From the NCBI GenBank assembly GCA_964016885.1, contig OZ024740.1:390600001-390664000 (forward strand): DNA of 64,000 nucleotides. Direction: 5' to 3'. Numbering within the stretch: position 1 is the stretch's first letter; every line of letters begins with the position of its first letter. Position numbers and translations under genes: made by a program. Below, piece by piece: positions 21,895 through 35,085 of the stretch. The notes beneath the pieces are model-generated. The model saw only the letters and a program-made list of their open reading frames with translations. It was not told the origin of the DNA and did not search any database. The stretch comes from Eledone cirrhosa (lineage: Eukaryota).

Positions 21895-22045
21895 GGTAAG
21901 ATAAAATTGAATTCAGCACGCAACGGATACTTATTTTATCGACTTCGGTAGGGTAAAACGCAAGGCCGAACTTGGTGGCACTTGAATTCAGAAGGTAAAA
22001 AGTAGTAACTAAATGCGGCAAGACATTTCATCAGCCACTTTACCG
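21895..22045 (-). mobile_element. Degenerate SINE family A
   Basis: Reverse complement retains GAATTCAAGTGCC, GCCTTGCGTTTTACCC and GTCGATAAAATAAGTA. Confidence 0.6.
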
Positions 22046-22604
22046 TGTCTATGTATTCTCAACAGTTCCAGTAGGTAACAGCGAACAGAATACACAATCT
22101 TGGTAAGGAGCAAAACACTCCGAAACAATTGTCGATTGTTTTCTCTCAGCTACCGCTGGAATAAAAGTATGTCCTCTAACACGTGGTATTTATGAGGCTA
22201 CTTGTTTGCAAACAAACCGAATATTAATATTATGATATTTTAATAATATCATTATTTTTCACTCGTGAATACATTTAGGTATGTTAAGATCGAAAACAAA
22301 TTTTGTTGTTATTTAAATAATAGCTTTTGTCTTATATTAATTTTCCTTCACTTCATAGATATTTCCATCTTGTTATTTCCTCATCCATTGAATATATTAT
22401 CCGTTTTTCTTTCATGCAAATGGTGTCATATGAGTTATTTACTTTAAAAATATAGTTTCGTTAAAAATAAAGTTGTATCTCTAACTGTTCTCTATATTTT
22501 CTTTTTCAGTTTCATGAAGGACTAACACAGTTTATGATATTCGTAATCCAAATTCAAAAAGGAAGTTTATCTCGTATTTTCGGTTGACCTTAAAATTGAT
22601 AAAT

Positions 22605-22770
22605 ATGGCGGACGAAGTGACGATTATTCACTTCAATGATGTTTATAATATTGAACCTCGGACTGATGAACCAAAGGGAGGTGCTGCCAGATTTGCAAAT
22701 TATGTCCAAACATGTAAAGATCTCAACCCAATTGTTTTGTTTAGTGGTGATATATTTAACCCATCTTTAC
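22605..22770 (+). CDS. 5'-nucleotidase/apyrase-family metallophosphoesterase, first coding exon (CG11883/YfkN-like)
   Basis: MADEVTIIHFNDVYNIE..GGAARF..VLFSGDIFNPSL (motifs I and II); acceptor TTTTTCAG ends 22509; donor GTAAGT at 22771, phase 1. Confidence 0.9.
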
Positions 22771-22841
22771 GTAAGTATCACTTTCCGTGTTCAAATACAG
22801 AAAATCTCCGAAATATTTAGAATAGATTACTTTGATATATA

Positions 22842-22899
<58 letters not shown>

Positions 22900-23022
22900 C
22901 GAGTGCTCAACCGGCATACCGCCTACGGACGCATTTACCTGCAACCCTACAGCAACTATATATATATATATAAGAATAACATTAAGAAAGATGCTGATGT
23001 TACATAAATCGTTATATATATA

Positions 23023-23112
<90 letters not shown>

Positions 23113-23743
23113 TGAACGAACTGTGATCTTCAATGTAAAGTTTTAAAGTTTATAAGCATCAATTTCGCAGAAAAAAATAGAAACGGGCTAGTCAAGAGAC
23201 TGCGTTACTGATAACACTATATGTCGCCAGTCCCTCATTCAGTCAATACTTTTCTTTATATTCCTGACTTAGTTAGGGGTGCAAGGGTATCGCCCATGAC
23301 TCTTTTCGAGGCCTATAACACCTATCAACTATGGGAGCAAGAGAGGAAACTCTCTTCAGACGAAATATCTGGCCAAAATGCTTTCAAAAGAGTATACTCT
23401 ACAAAAGGCAACCCTAATACTACCACCCAGAAATATATCTACGTACAAAATTAGGTACTTAAATCTATTTTTTTAATTTGATTAATTGGGTTATTTTTAT
23501 TTCTAAATATAATGAATAAATTACTTAGCAGGATAGGTTGAACTCAATATGAAACTATTACATATTTTATAGAAAACAACTACGACTAAGATCCTCAACG
23601 TAAAATAATAGACACCCTGTCATGATTAGCTAAGTACCAGATTGATTATCTATGAAAATATAAGTAACAAAATTAATAATTGTAAAATCTATCGTTTCTT
23701 CACACTGTTTTCAGGGTGTCTTCAAATTTACTTCTCTATACCT

Positions 23744-23960
23744 GAGTGGTTAGAAAGTTTCACAATCGTGAGGTTATGAGTTCGATTCCCAGACCGAACG
23801 ATGCATTTATTTCACGTTGCTCTAGTTCACTCTGCTCTAGTTCACTCTGCTATAGAAATGAGTTGTGACGTACTAGTACTAAGCCCTATCGGCCATTGTC
23901 TTTCCTTCGGACGACATCAGTGGCTTTAGTCGCGATAGGCTTAGCCAACCGGCGATGGAA
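23744..23960 (+). mobile_element. tRNA-derived SINE, second family
   Basis: GAGTGGTTAG box A-like, GAGTTCGATTCC box B, TTCACGTTGCTCTAGTTCACTC..AAATGAG core. Confidence 0.6.
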
Positions 23961-24706
23961 AATAAACCTGCTAAAAAACAGTAAGTTCTCGAGAAAGCCT
24001 CCTTCTAGAGAACTTTCTGCACAGGCGGACAATAGGCATACCTGAAATAATTTTCACTGCATACATTTTAATCATCTTTTGCAGTTACATGAGACCTTAG
24101 ACTGACGTAAATATTCTAAAATATTTTCTAAACATTTTCAAATCTTTCTATGATAAATAACGGAAAGTACTGCCATATAATATCGTTTAAAAAAACTCTT
24201 TTAACAATCCCTGCTATAAGCAATTATGAAATTTAACATATTTTAACATAATTGTGGAAAAACACTGATAATTCTTTATTTTTTGTAAATTTATAATTTG
24301 AATGCACATTGCTTTGAATCCTGTATAATTTTTGTCTTATGATATTACTCAATTTATTGATATTTTTTTTATCATTTTATATATTTCCTGAAGAGTTACG
24401 GTTTGGGTAGAGCACCCATAATGGAGTAGATAACTTACGGATAATATCCAGTGTGTTTTATTTCTCCACATATGGATGTGATACTCTAGCAATATTGAAA
24501 CGCTCGTAGTCATGTGTAATTAAATTATAATAATGCTACTCCATGGTCTTAATGAATTTTGAATTGTAAATGCTCTGCTACTGGAACTGCCCTTTATTTA
24601 CCCAGTTTCTGTTCGCTCCTGAAGAATGAAAAGCTAGTAAAAGGCTTCGAGGATATATCATGTTACCAATGAAAATAGTGAGCGATTACACTATAAGCTC
24701 ATATAT

Positions 24707-24764
<58 letters not shown>

Positions 24765-24770
<6 letters not shown>

Positions 24771-25330
24771 GTGGCTGCCAACTCGTTTTCGAGTACGGCC
24801 ACTACTTTATATCCATGTAGGAGAACCCCTACCGATGCTCTGAACGAGTGTGATTTTTAGTCCAGTCAGCGACTTGAAAACTCTGGTACAAACACTACAC
24901 TTGTGACAATTATTGACACATAGTGCTGGGCCCATGGTACCATGTGATGACAAATGCAGAGAGATCTCCAGATATAAAGCAATGCCTGTGCCGTGAAGCT
25001 TTTATAGTGAGCAAAGGCATTGCACAAAGCCAGTCCCACTCTCTTAACCAAGATGATATTTACCAAAAAGAAGAACAAGTCAACATCATTGGATACCATC
25101 AGGGTTGCAGGTGTTATATCAGAGTTTTCCTTCTAGAATTCTGCCTTGACAAAGGCTAAGGGGTTATCTCTCCCGGTGATTTTGGATGGCCATTGACTCT
25201 TAAGAGCTCTTTTGACAGGTTTTGTTTTTAGTCCTGCAGGATGTCCAAAGTCACCCTCCTAACCAAGAAACCTTGGTGGGGTTGTACTAGAATACATGTT
25301 ACCAGTAGCACCAACTGGTGACCTGACAAA
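24765..25330. mobile_element. Non-coding interspersed repeat (second copy 39140-39752), possibly RTE-derived
   Basis: Shared blocks GGCTGCC..CTCGTT.TCGAGTA.GGCC, GACAAAGGCTA.GGG, GATGGCC.TTGACTCTTA.GAG, GTCCTGCAGG.TGTCCAAA.TCACCCTCCT; both copies in microsatellites. Confidence 0.7.
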
Positions 25331-25397
25331 CTATATATATATATGCATATATATATATATATATATATACATACATACATATATGCATAGATACATA

Positions 25398-25501
<104 letters not shown>

Positions 25502-25715
25502 GGATAAAAGCAGTATTAAACTAGTTTGACCATTATTCAACGGAGTACTAGATACTTAGTAGAGTAGAGTGTGACTTTATTTGAAAACACTGGGGTCCGG
25601 TGGCTGAGCTCTTGCCGTTTCAATAGCTAGCTCTATCTAGCTGTTGAAACGGTAAGCGCTCAGCCGTCAAGGTCCGACTCTTTCAAATATATATATATAT
25701 AATATAATATAATAC

Positions 25716-25771
<56 letters not shown>

Positions 25772-25989
25772 CGTTTCTGAATTTGTTTAGCAAGATTCTT
25801 TATCTGAAATCGTGTGTTGAAACCGATATTGTTATACTTTGGGAGGGTCATGTTGCCAATAAGATAAATCTACCAAAATATACGGTAGTGTCCAATCCGT
25901 ATGAAGAACTCAATGTAATCCAAATATCATGAAAAGAGAAGATGCCTTCAAAAAATTTCGATGAAAATCCCAGGAAAACAGAGTCAAGA

Positions 25990-26270
25990 TAAATTAATAA
26001 AAACAATGAATAAAAACAAAGAACAAGTTCTTATATAAAAAAATTCATCATTTTACGATCGTTTCTAGGATATATATGTGTGTGTTGGTATGTATATTAT
26101 ATAGATCTATGTAAAAATTTTACAAACTATCAGAGGAAATATATATACCTTCACATATATATGCTGTCTTCAGAAATAACACACATATATCCTAGAAACG
26201 ATCGTAAAATGATGAATTTTTTAATATAAGGAACTTGTTCTTTGTTTTTATTCATTGTTTTTATTAATTT
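25990..26270. repeat. About 95-bp inverted repeat (25990-26085 / 26180-26270) enclosing a hammerhead-like core
   Basis: TCATCATTTTACGATCGTTTCTAGGATATAT vs ATATATCCTAGAAACGATCGTAAAATGATGA. Confidence 0.85.
26048..26179 (-). ncRNA. Type I hammerhead-like motif with long, decayed stem II
   Basis: Minus strand TTATTT-CTGAAGA-...-GAAA-CGATCG-TA-AAATGA; palindromic loop III. Confidence 0.5.
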
Positions 26271-26679
26271 ATATATATATATATATATATATACATATAT
26301 ATATTATATATATACATACATATATATATTAGAAAAGGGAAGTAAGGTTTTATACAAAACAGTGGATATAGAGAAAAGGGGAAGTTGTAAATGGCATGGA
26401 AAATATATTTTAGGGTCTGTTTTTCTTTTTTTCCTTTCTTTGATTGAAAAGATGACAGTATTGAAAAAATGAGCGGGACAATTCTTTTAAAAAAGAGTTT
26501 TTTTATGTATATAAAGTATATAAAGTATTACCGGTTTTGATGTATTATTAAAATTAGTCTTATCAAACGTTGAGTATTACAATTAAAAAGAATTAATAAG
26601 AATTGAAAACTAAAAATTAAAGATTTAAAATTAAGTGTTTGAGTAAGTTTTTTTCTATCTTCCATGCTCAGAAGGGGAC

Positions 26680-26820
26680 TGTGAAGACTAAAATCCGAAG
26701 AGGGCTCGATAAGGATAATATATATAAAAATATATAAAAACCAGTGAGCAAAAATTTATTAAAATAAAAGATTAAAGTTTAAGCAAAGAATCGCTGCTTT
26801 CACCCTTAACGGGATCTTAT

Positions 26821-26856
<36 letters not shown>

Positions 26857-27046
26857 TAAAATAACAGATTAAAGTTTAAGCAAAGAATCGCTGCTTTCAC
26901 CCTTAACGGGATCTTCTGTTAAGGGTGAAAGCAGCGATTCTTTGCTTAAACTTTAATCTGTTATTTTAATAAATATTTGCTCTACGGTTCTTATATATTT
27001 GATATATATTTATCCTTATCGAGCCCTCTTTGGATTTTAGTCTTCA
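26680..27046. repeat. Nested palindrome with a near-perfect ~55-bp-arm hairpin centred near 26910
   Basis: ..GCTGCTTTCACCCTTAAC GGGATCTTCT GTTAAGGGTGAAAGCAGC..; outer arms 26680-26725 / 27010-27046; same repeat at 62535, 63088 and 63461. Confidence 0.85.
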
Positions 27047-27059
27047 AATTTATTATTAT

Positions 27060-27115
<56 letters not shown>

Positions 27116-27457
27116 CAATGACAATAACTCACCCGGTATTGAGACGAAACGAAAACATGCTAAAGCCTATATGGCTTTTGCCTATGAAGAATCCGCTGGA
27201 TATGCTCATTTGCGTATCGAGCAAATTTGAAAGGTTAGAATTCATTAGCAGTAGCTCTCATGAAACGTGGTTCATAATAGGGGTGTATACATACATACAT
27301 ACATACACAAAACACATACATACTTACATACATACATATATATAATATTTTATATATATTATATGTATTTTACTATGCGCACATACACAGGTACATATCC
27401 TACACGCACACACACACACTCATATATATATATATATATATATCATATATATATATC

Positions 27458-27585
<128 letters not shown>

Positions 27586-27677
27586 CAGCAGTGTGTTTAT
27601 ATTATTCTTACTAAAGAATGCTGGCTCTTCGCTATATCCTACATTTGTCGTTACTTAATGTACCATTAGTATTCTCT

Positions 27678-27845
27678 ATTGGCAGTATCGGTAGAGGGTC
27701 AGACGCCATGCTTTGTAGCAAAGAGTTACGGCCCTTTATGATCTCAGTTCAAATCCTGTCGAGGTTAACTTTGCCTTTCATCGATAAAATAAAGTACCAG
27801 TAATGTACTGGGATAATTGCTGGCCTTGTGCCAAAAGTAGAAACA
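27678..27845 (+). mobile_element. tRNA-derived SINE family A
   Basis: Head, body and tail as above; TSD ATTA(G/T)TATTCTC at 27665-27676 / 27846-27857. Confidence 0.85.
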
Positions 27846-27914
27846 ATTATTATTCTCAAATACTCCTCAAATTTTAAAAATGATCGTCTTTTGAACATCT
27901 ACTGTTGAATAAAT

Positions 27915-29738
27915 GCGGTATTTGATGGTATTGTTACTCAGAGGAATACCCAGCAGTATTTGATGGTATTGTTACTCAGAGGAATACCCAGCAGTATTTG
28001 ATGGTATTGTTACTCAGAGGAATACCCAGCAGTATTTGATGGTATTGTTACTCAGAGGAATACCCAGCAGTATTTGATGGTATTGTTACTCAGAGGAATA
28101 CCCAGCAGTATTTGATGGTATTGTTACTCAGAGGAATACCCAGCAGTATTTGATGGTATTGTTACTCAGAGGAATACCCAGCAGTATTTGATGGTATTGT
28201 TACTCAGAGGAATACCCAGCGGTATTTGATGGTATTGTTACTCAGAGGAATACCCAGCAGTATTTGATGGTATTGTTGCTCAGAGGAATACCCAGCGGTA
28301 TTTGATGGTATTGTTACTCAGAGGAATACCCAGCAGTATTTGATGGTATTGTTACTCAGAGGAATACCCAGCGGTATTTGATGGTATTGTTACTCAGAGG
28401 AATACCCAGCAGTATTTGATGGTATTGTTACTCAGAGGAATACCCAGCAGTATTTGATGGTATTGTTACTCAGAGGAATACCCAGCAGTATTTGATGGTA
28501 TTGTTACTCAGAGGAATACCCAGCAGTATTTGATGGTATTGTTACTCAGAGGAATACCCAGCAGTATTTGATGGTATTGTTACTCAGAGGAATACCCAGC
28601 AGTATTTGATGGTATTGTTACTCAGAGGAATACCCAGCAGTATTTGATGGTATTGTTACTCAGAGGAATACCCAGCAGTATTTGATGGTATTGTTACTCA
28701 GAGGAATACCCAGCAGTATTTGATGGTATTGTTACTCAGAGGAATACCCAGCAGTATTTGATGGTATTGTTACTCAGATGAATACCCAGCAGTATTTGAT
28801 GGTATTGTTACTCAGAGGAATACCCAGCAGTATTTGATGGTATTGTTACTCAGAGGAATACCCAGCGGTATTTGATGGTATTGTTACTCAGAGGAATACC
28901 CAGCAGTATTTGATGGTATTGTTGCTCAGAGGAATACCCAGCGGTATTTGATGGTATTGTTACTCAGAGGAATACCCAGCAGTATTTGATGGTATTGTTA
29001 CTCAGAGGAATACCCAGCGGTATTTGATGGTATTGTTACTCAGAGGAATACCCAGCAGTATTTGATGGTATTGTTACTCAGAGGAATACCCAGCAGTATT
29101 TGATGGTATTGTTACTCAGAGGAATACCCAGCAGTATTTGATGGTATTGTTACTCAGAGGAATACCCAGCAGTATTTGATGGTATTGTTACTCAGAGGAA
29201 TACCCAGCAGTATTTGATGGTATTGTTACTCAGAGGAATACCCAGCAGTATTTGATGGTATTGTTACTCAGAGGAATACCCAGCAGTATTTGATGGTATT
29301 GTTACTCAGAGGAATACCCAGCGGTATTTGATGGTATTGTTACTCAGAGGAATACCCAGCAGTATTTGATGGTATTGTTGCTCAGAGGAATACCCAGCGG
29401 TATTTGATGGTATTGTTACTCAGAGGAATACCCAGCGGTATTTGATGGTATTGTTACTCAGAGGAATACCCAGCAGTATTTGATGGTATTGTTACTCAGA
29501 GGAATACCCAGCGGTATTTGATGGTATTGTTACTCAGAGGAATACCCAGCAGTATTTGATGGTATTGTTACTCAGAGGAATACCCAGCGGTATTTGATGG
29601 TATTGTTACTCAGAGGAATACCCAGTAGTATTTGATGGTATTGTTACTCAGAGGAATACCCAGTAGTATTTGATGGTATTGTTACTCAGAGGAATACCCA
29701 GTAGTATTTGATGGTATTGTTACTCAGAGGAATACCCA
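27915..29738. repeat. 38-bp minisatellite, about 48 copies
   Basis: Unit GTATTTGATGGTATTGTTACTCAGAGGAATACCCAGCA; period 38 (27918, 27956, ...); no spacers. Confidence 0.97.
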
Positions 29739-29849
29739 TTAAGTAAAGCTTCAGTGCTTCTTCATAAAAGTTTTTTTTCTGATCCAACAGTTACGATTTG
29801 GACAAAAATACTTGGTCATAGATTATTTAGAGGTCCCTATATGTTAGTC

Positions 29850-30055
29850 AATGTTGCAAAGTGAAAACTTCTGTTGTCCTTGGCTCTAGGGCAACCTCCC
29901 TACTCACCGCCATCGACACTGAGTTGTCTACCCGCAGGTGTGATCCCCGTAAGCTGGAATGGCTCTTCCAGCGCGGCTCCCTCACCATCCTCCAGGAAAA
30001 CGCCTTCCCCATTCTGTCAACCAGGGCTGCGGGGCGGCCTGCGCGTGGGCCCACA
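29850..30055 (+). mobile_element. 3' fragment of a CRE-clade non-LTR retrotransposon
   Basis: TS.VLGSRA.SLL.AI..ELS.RRCDPRKLEWLFQR.SL.ILQENAF.IL resembles the CRE C-terminal GDPRE..L.QR.S.AI.RGNA motif. Confidence 0.6.
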
Positions 30056-30955
30056 TTTGCTTATAATAGTGGGAGATGGGGAGAGTGGGAGAGACAGAGG
30101 CAGTGACAGTGGGAGTTTGGTTGCATTGTGTTCGGACCTGATGTATATGCATATATATATTTACCACACCACATATACATATATATATATATACATACAT
30201 CATCATGCTCTACCAGAAAAATATGTGGAATATATAGTGGAATACATATCTTAATATAGGTTTCACTATGATAGTCAACTATTACAAGGTTAATTTACAA
30301 TCAAAGAGGCTCTTCAGGCCAATGTAAACATTTATTATAAATCCCGACTAGGTGTATATAGTCATAGTATATAACCATAACAACGACAAATACCAACAGG
30401 TAAAATACACACCTGGACCGATTCGGTTTCTAAGAACTCCGAAAATAGTACATTACTAGTCGCAATATGCAGATGCAAGTCGTAAGTGCATCTAGCAGTT
30501 GTTATGCAATGAAATGGGAGCCTCGTCATCAGCAGGTATTCGTTCCATACATCCGCAATTGATTTTGTCCCGACGATGCTGCTTATCAATATGCAGATGT
30601 AGTAATCGGCACTGCGGTGTCACGTAATCTCAAAAGAGGAAGTTCACTTGACAACATTTTTAGACGAGTAATTGAAGGAGTGACAAGAACAAAGAGACAT
30701 TCACAACCTCAAAAATATGCTCTCAAATTATAAACAAATTAACCAATAAATTAATTAGTCAACTATATAAAACGAGAAAAAAATATTATATCAGGTATAC
30801 ATCGAGGCTGAAGCTGCAATAAAGCTGATACTAATCGAATTATTTTAGGCAGTCACAAAGCATTCAATGGTGTGAAAAGTTAATAAATTTCTCGACTACA
30901 GTTTATATAAAGAAAATTAAATGGATTAAAATCAAATATTCATTATATTTTACAG

Positions 30956-31042
30956 TGAGTGTTTTCACGCAAGGGGAACAGATGCTACCCATCCTGAAAG
31001 CTTGCAAAGTACAATGTTCTGTTTTTGGAAATCATGATTTTG
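30956..31042 (+). CDS. 5'-nucleotidase-like gene, second coding exon
   Basis: TTTTACAG|TG..G|GTAAAT, phase 1/1; LSVFTQGEQMLPILKACKVQCSVFGNHDF includes the GNHD motif; joins exon 1 in frame. Confidence 0.92.
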
Positions 31043-31155
31043 GTAAATATTTTAATTCTTTGAACTGTTTTTTTTACGCCTAACTCTAAATTTGTTTTTT
31101 GTATGTTTCAAAATCACAGTCTCACACATCTCTGTTTGTCTGTCTGTCTGTCTGT

Positions 31156-33040
31156 GTCGACCATCGATACTTGGAAGCGGTTCTCAAGGCGGCCGGTTTC
31201 GGTCCCGTTTTCATAGGCTGGATCAAGGCGATGCACACCAGCATCTGCTCGAGGGTCAAGGTGAACGGCTACCTATCGGAGCCGTTCGCAATCACGCGTT
31301 CCATTCGACAGGGATGCCCTCTCTCCTCCATTCTGTACGTATTGACTCTAGAGCCACTACTGCGGAAGTTGGAGCTTTTGCAGGGCATCCCTTTAGAACC
31401 GGGACTGCGAAAAGGGGCGTCGGCTTATGCCGACGACGTGAGGGTAATGGTGTCGGAAACCTCGGAAATCAAGGTAATCGGCAACCTACTACAGGAATAC
31501 GAAAGGTTCACAGGAGCAAAACTGAACCCGGACAAGTCTGTGGGTTTGCAACTCGGTACGTGGAGAGGCAAACCGATGACGTCCGACAGCGTCGTCGGAC
31601 GCTGGACGGAAGGACCGGTGAAATTACTCGATGTCTGGTTCGGTCCAGACCTCCAGTGGAGAAAAACTGGAACGAGGTCATGGCCAAGGTATTTGTGCTC
31701 ACCCAGAAGTGGGCAGAGTGCAAACTGTCTTTGAAAGGTCGAGCGGAGGTGGCGAGCACTTTCATAGCGTCCGTCATCTACTACCGCTTGACTGTCGTGC
31801 CTTGTCCCCGTGAATACATCACCAAGATGGAACGCATGCTTTTCCAGTTCCTGTGGAAGAAGTAGACTCCACTGGTGAGGAAATCCGTCTGCTGTCAACA
31901 CCCTTCCAACGGAGAGCTGGACATGCCGTGTCTAATGATGCGCAAACATTCGCTGAGGCTACGGCATCTCCAGGTATTCCTCACCGACCAGCCGGTGTGG
32001 GCACCGTTTGTGAGACAGGCCTTCCCACAACTTGGCTCGCTGACGGAGCTGCAGTCCTGGGTGAAGCGAAGACCGAAGAAGTTGGGCGCCTGGCACATTG
32101 AATGCGCCCAGGTGCGACCAGTCCTCTGTCAAGCGCACACAGCAATCAGGGGAGACTCCACTTCGACATTCTATAGAGGGTTAGTACTTTATAAGTGCGA
32201 TGACGTGCTCGGGGAGACTCTAGGCGTCGAAGACGACGAGCTCACCAGTCTGTTCGGTAGGAATTTCCGCCCGGTACCTATGGACAACTTCCAGAGCTCC
32301 CTGGCCTGGCAGTGCTACCGAGGAGCTCTACCCGTACGAGATAAGATCTACAGGCACGGACGCCCCGGTAGGGATCCTTCCAAGAGGACGTGTCCAAGAT
32401 GCGAGCAGGACATTTAAACCGTCTTGCACGCAATTGTACACTGCCCGGGCGTAAGCGACCTGTGGAACTATGCAGAACAACTGCTGTCGCGTATGGGACA
32501 AATCCAATTGACTGCCGAGTCCATAGTAAGGATCAAACCGCCAGCCTCTTTCATAAACGAAAGAGAGGCGGTTTTCCTCTGTACAGTGGTTATGGTGAAA
32601 GAGGTTATATGGTGGACGAGATTGAGAGGACTGAGGACAGATGCCTTTCTCTCCGGACAACAATTGATTCTCTTCTTTAAGTATCACTTTAGAAGGAGAA
32701 TCAGAGTGCAGAGTGAGGCACTGCACCCCAGTAAATTTACTGAATGGTGGGTGAATGAAGCGAAAATGGCCCGAGTGATTGGGCCTTATTGTTTATAAGC
32801 CTGTAGGTTAAAGAAGAGAGCAAAGGAAAAAAGGAGCACTTGCACAACACGCTCCTGAAGTTGAGGGTTGTTCTATCGACGGGGTATTAAACAACCCATT
32901 TGTGGCGCCTCCCCCCTATCGGGGATTTCGATTGTTATAATTGTTTGTTTCAACATTTTTACACCACTGTATGTAAAATCCCCGGCATGTGTCTTTGTAT
33001 TGTTCCCTTTTCTTGTGCGCCCTTGTGGCAAATAAAGAAA
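31156..33040 (+). mobile_element. 5'-truncated, decayed Tx1-type element of a second lineage, in (TCTG/TCTA)n
   Basis: VDHRYL..QGCPLS..YADD..CPRCEQD homologous to array ORF2, with stops and frameshifts; ends CCTTGTGGCAAATAAAGAAA then TCTA-type repeats. Confidence 0.9.
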
Positions 33041-33062
33041 TCTATCTGTATGCATGTATGCA

Positions 33063-33101
<39 letters not shown>

Positions 33102-34570
33102 TTACCCGTGTGTCAGTCTGTCTCTCTATCGTTTTCTTTCTCTCTTCCCACGCCCCCTCTCTCTCTCACCCTCTCTCTCCCTCTCTCTCTCTCTCCCTAT
33201 ATTATTATAAATATACATATAGTGTAAGGTCCTAAACAGTTTTAAAAAAACAACATGGGGTAAACGCATTACGATTAATGATATTATTAGTTTGATGTTT
33301 GAATAAAATAAATTGTCTTCAATGTTTCGGACGATAGTGCATCATCAAAAAAAAAAAAAAACATTGCAAAGTGTAGTAGATAAATGTATAGAAAGTCAAA
33401 TGTATGAGGAACGAACTGAAGGATATGTGGAGACGTTATGTGGTGAATATGTAAATTCGTGAACATAAGTAGTAAGCACACATACACAGCCATGTGCACA
33501 CACGCACAAACATACTCACATACACACACACGAATGGAGTCGCAAGAGTGAGAGAAACATAGAGAGAGAGAGAGGGGGAGAAAGGAAGAAAATAAAGAGT
33601 GAGATACACTACATGAATGTATGTCTTATCTGGTGTCTGTGTGCGTGAGCACTAGAAAGAATGCACCGTTAAAAAACATCAACGCATACATGTGTTCATA
33701 CATGTATGCGTTGATGTTTTTTAACGGTATTTTAATGTGTGCGTGATAGTGCTATTGTGTATGTGTATCTATTTTGAGAAATAGAAGGCGGTTAGGTATC
33801 GATAATTCTAAAATGGTATTGTAATTTAGATAATGAGCTGAAAAACACATTCGAGTAAAATGCCCCATAAAACACGTATAAATTCACCAAATATATGAAC
33901 ATTATGGAAAATACACACCAGAGACATATGGTGTAAGGTGATCTGAAGAATTTCTACAGATCTTAGAAGAAACTAAAGGAGTAGATGCCATTTTCACTAT
34001 AGATGTAATAAGTCTTTTAACAAATGTTCTTGTGGTGGGGAACAATATATATTTGATAATGCATACAAATACCCCAAAATAAAACCTCGCATGAATACCT
34101 ACAAACTCACTGAAGAAAGTTTTTGTGAGGTGTTCATACGAAGTACTTTTTCGCTCAATTAATAGAACTAAAAAATAGATTAGTCATGACAGAACAAAGA
34201 ATTACGATAAGGCAAAATTATGTCGTATAAGTGGACGATATATTCGGTGTTTATATTAGATTTTGGGAAATTCAAGGGAGACCTAAAAACCATCCGATAT
34301 CTAAATTTATCATGGAGAACATTTACAAATACGATTGAAAACAGCATATACATTACATCTGTGTACACCAAAGATACACATAAATGTATATACTCATGCA
34401 TAGATAACTAATATACACACACTACAAAATTTCAGTGATAAAATTCCTGCTCAGAAAAGTGTTACACAAAGATAACCGTTGATAAAGAAGTTTACAGAAT
34501 TCAATAAACGCTAATTAACAAGCAATATTCTAACCGACGAATAGACCAAGCTACAGATGAATATAGGCAC

Positions 34571-34705
34571 AGTCCAGAAATAGCCGTCGAAACGGCTTGA
34601 GCTCTGCCGTCGGGGTCATACTTTTTCCTATTTCCCACTCTACTACCCTAAGTATTGAGTACTCTGGTGCGTTATGGTCCATCTGGTTCCTTACCACAAT
34701 TCCTT

Positions 34706-34754
<49 letters not shown>

Positions 34755-35085
34755 AAGAATGAAGAGTAACATGGTTGGCTATACAACAAGGGGCTTTATT
34801 TCAGGTATTAACAATTGTTTCATTGACCAGGTGAGTCTAGAGGCCGCTAATCGCTCGAAGTTGCGTCACTCGATCTCCATTACATTATTCACCTCTGACC
34901 AAATCTTCAGAATATATATCAAAGGAATTGTGGTAAGGAACCAGATGGACCATAACGCACCAGAGTACTCAATACTTAGGGTAGTAGAGTGGGAAATAGG
35001 AAAAAGTATGACCCCGACGGCAGAGCTCAAGCCGTTTCGACGGCTATTTCTGTCCAGAAATAGCCGTCGGGGTCATACTTTTTCC
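34571..35085. repeat. 140-bp near-perfect inverted duplication (34573-34712 / 34912-35052) with terminal hairpin
   Basis: Identical peptide appears in ORFs 34551-34772(-) and 34597-35100(+); CGACGGCTATTTCTG-TC-CAGAAATAGCCGTCG hairpin at 35038-35069. Confidence 0.9.
34806..34914 (-). ncRNA. Type I hammerhead-like motif
   Basis: Minus strand TATT-CTGAAGA-TTTGGTCAGAGGTGA..TCACCTGGTCAAT-GAAA-CAATTG-TT-AATA; palindromic loop III, 4-bp stem I. Confidence 0.55.

Noticed and set aside
22085-22172. Possible 5'UTR mini-exons of the nucleotidase gene
   Set aside because: Splice-like motifs are present but imply a ~47-nt intron and a 17-nt exon; unsupported without transcripts.
14377-22525. Splicing from the Tx1 donor into the nucleotidase exon to make a fusion protein
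   Set aside because: The phase-2 donor joined to 22510 reads CGT TTC ATG AAG GAC TAA and stops before the nucleotidase ATG.
27915-29738. CRISPR-like array (38-bp partly palindromic repeat)
   Set aside because: Units are contiguous with no unique spacers, no cas genes, and the context is a eukaryotic intron.
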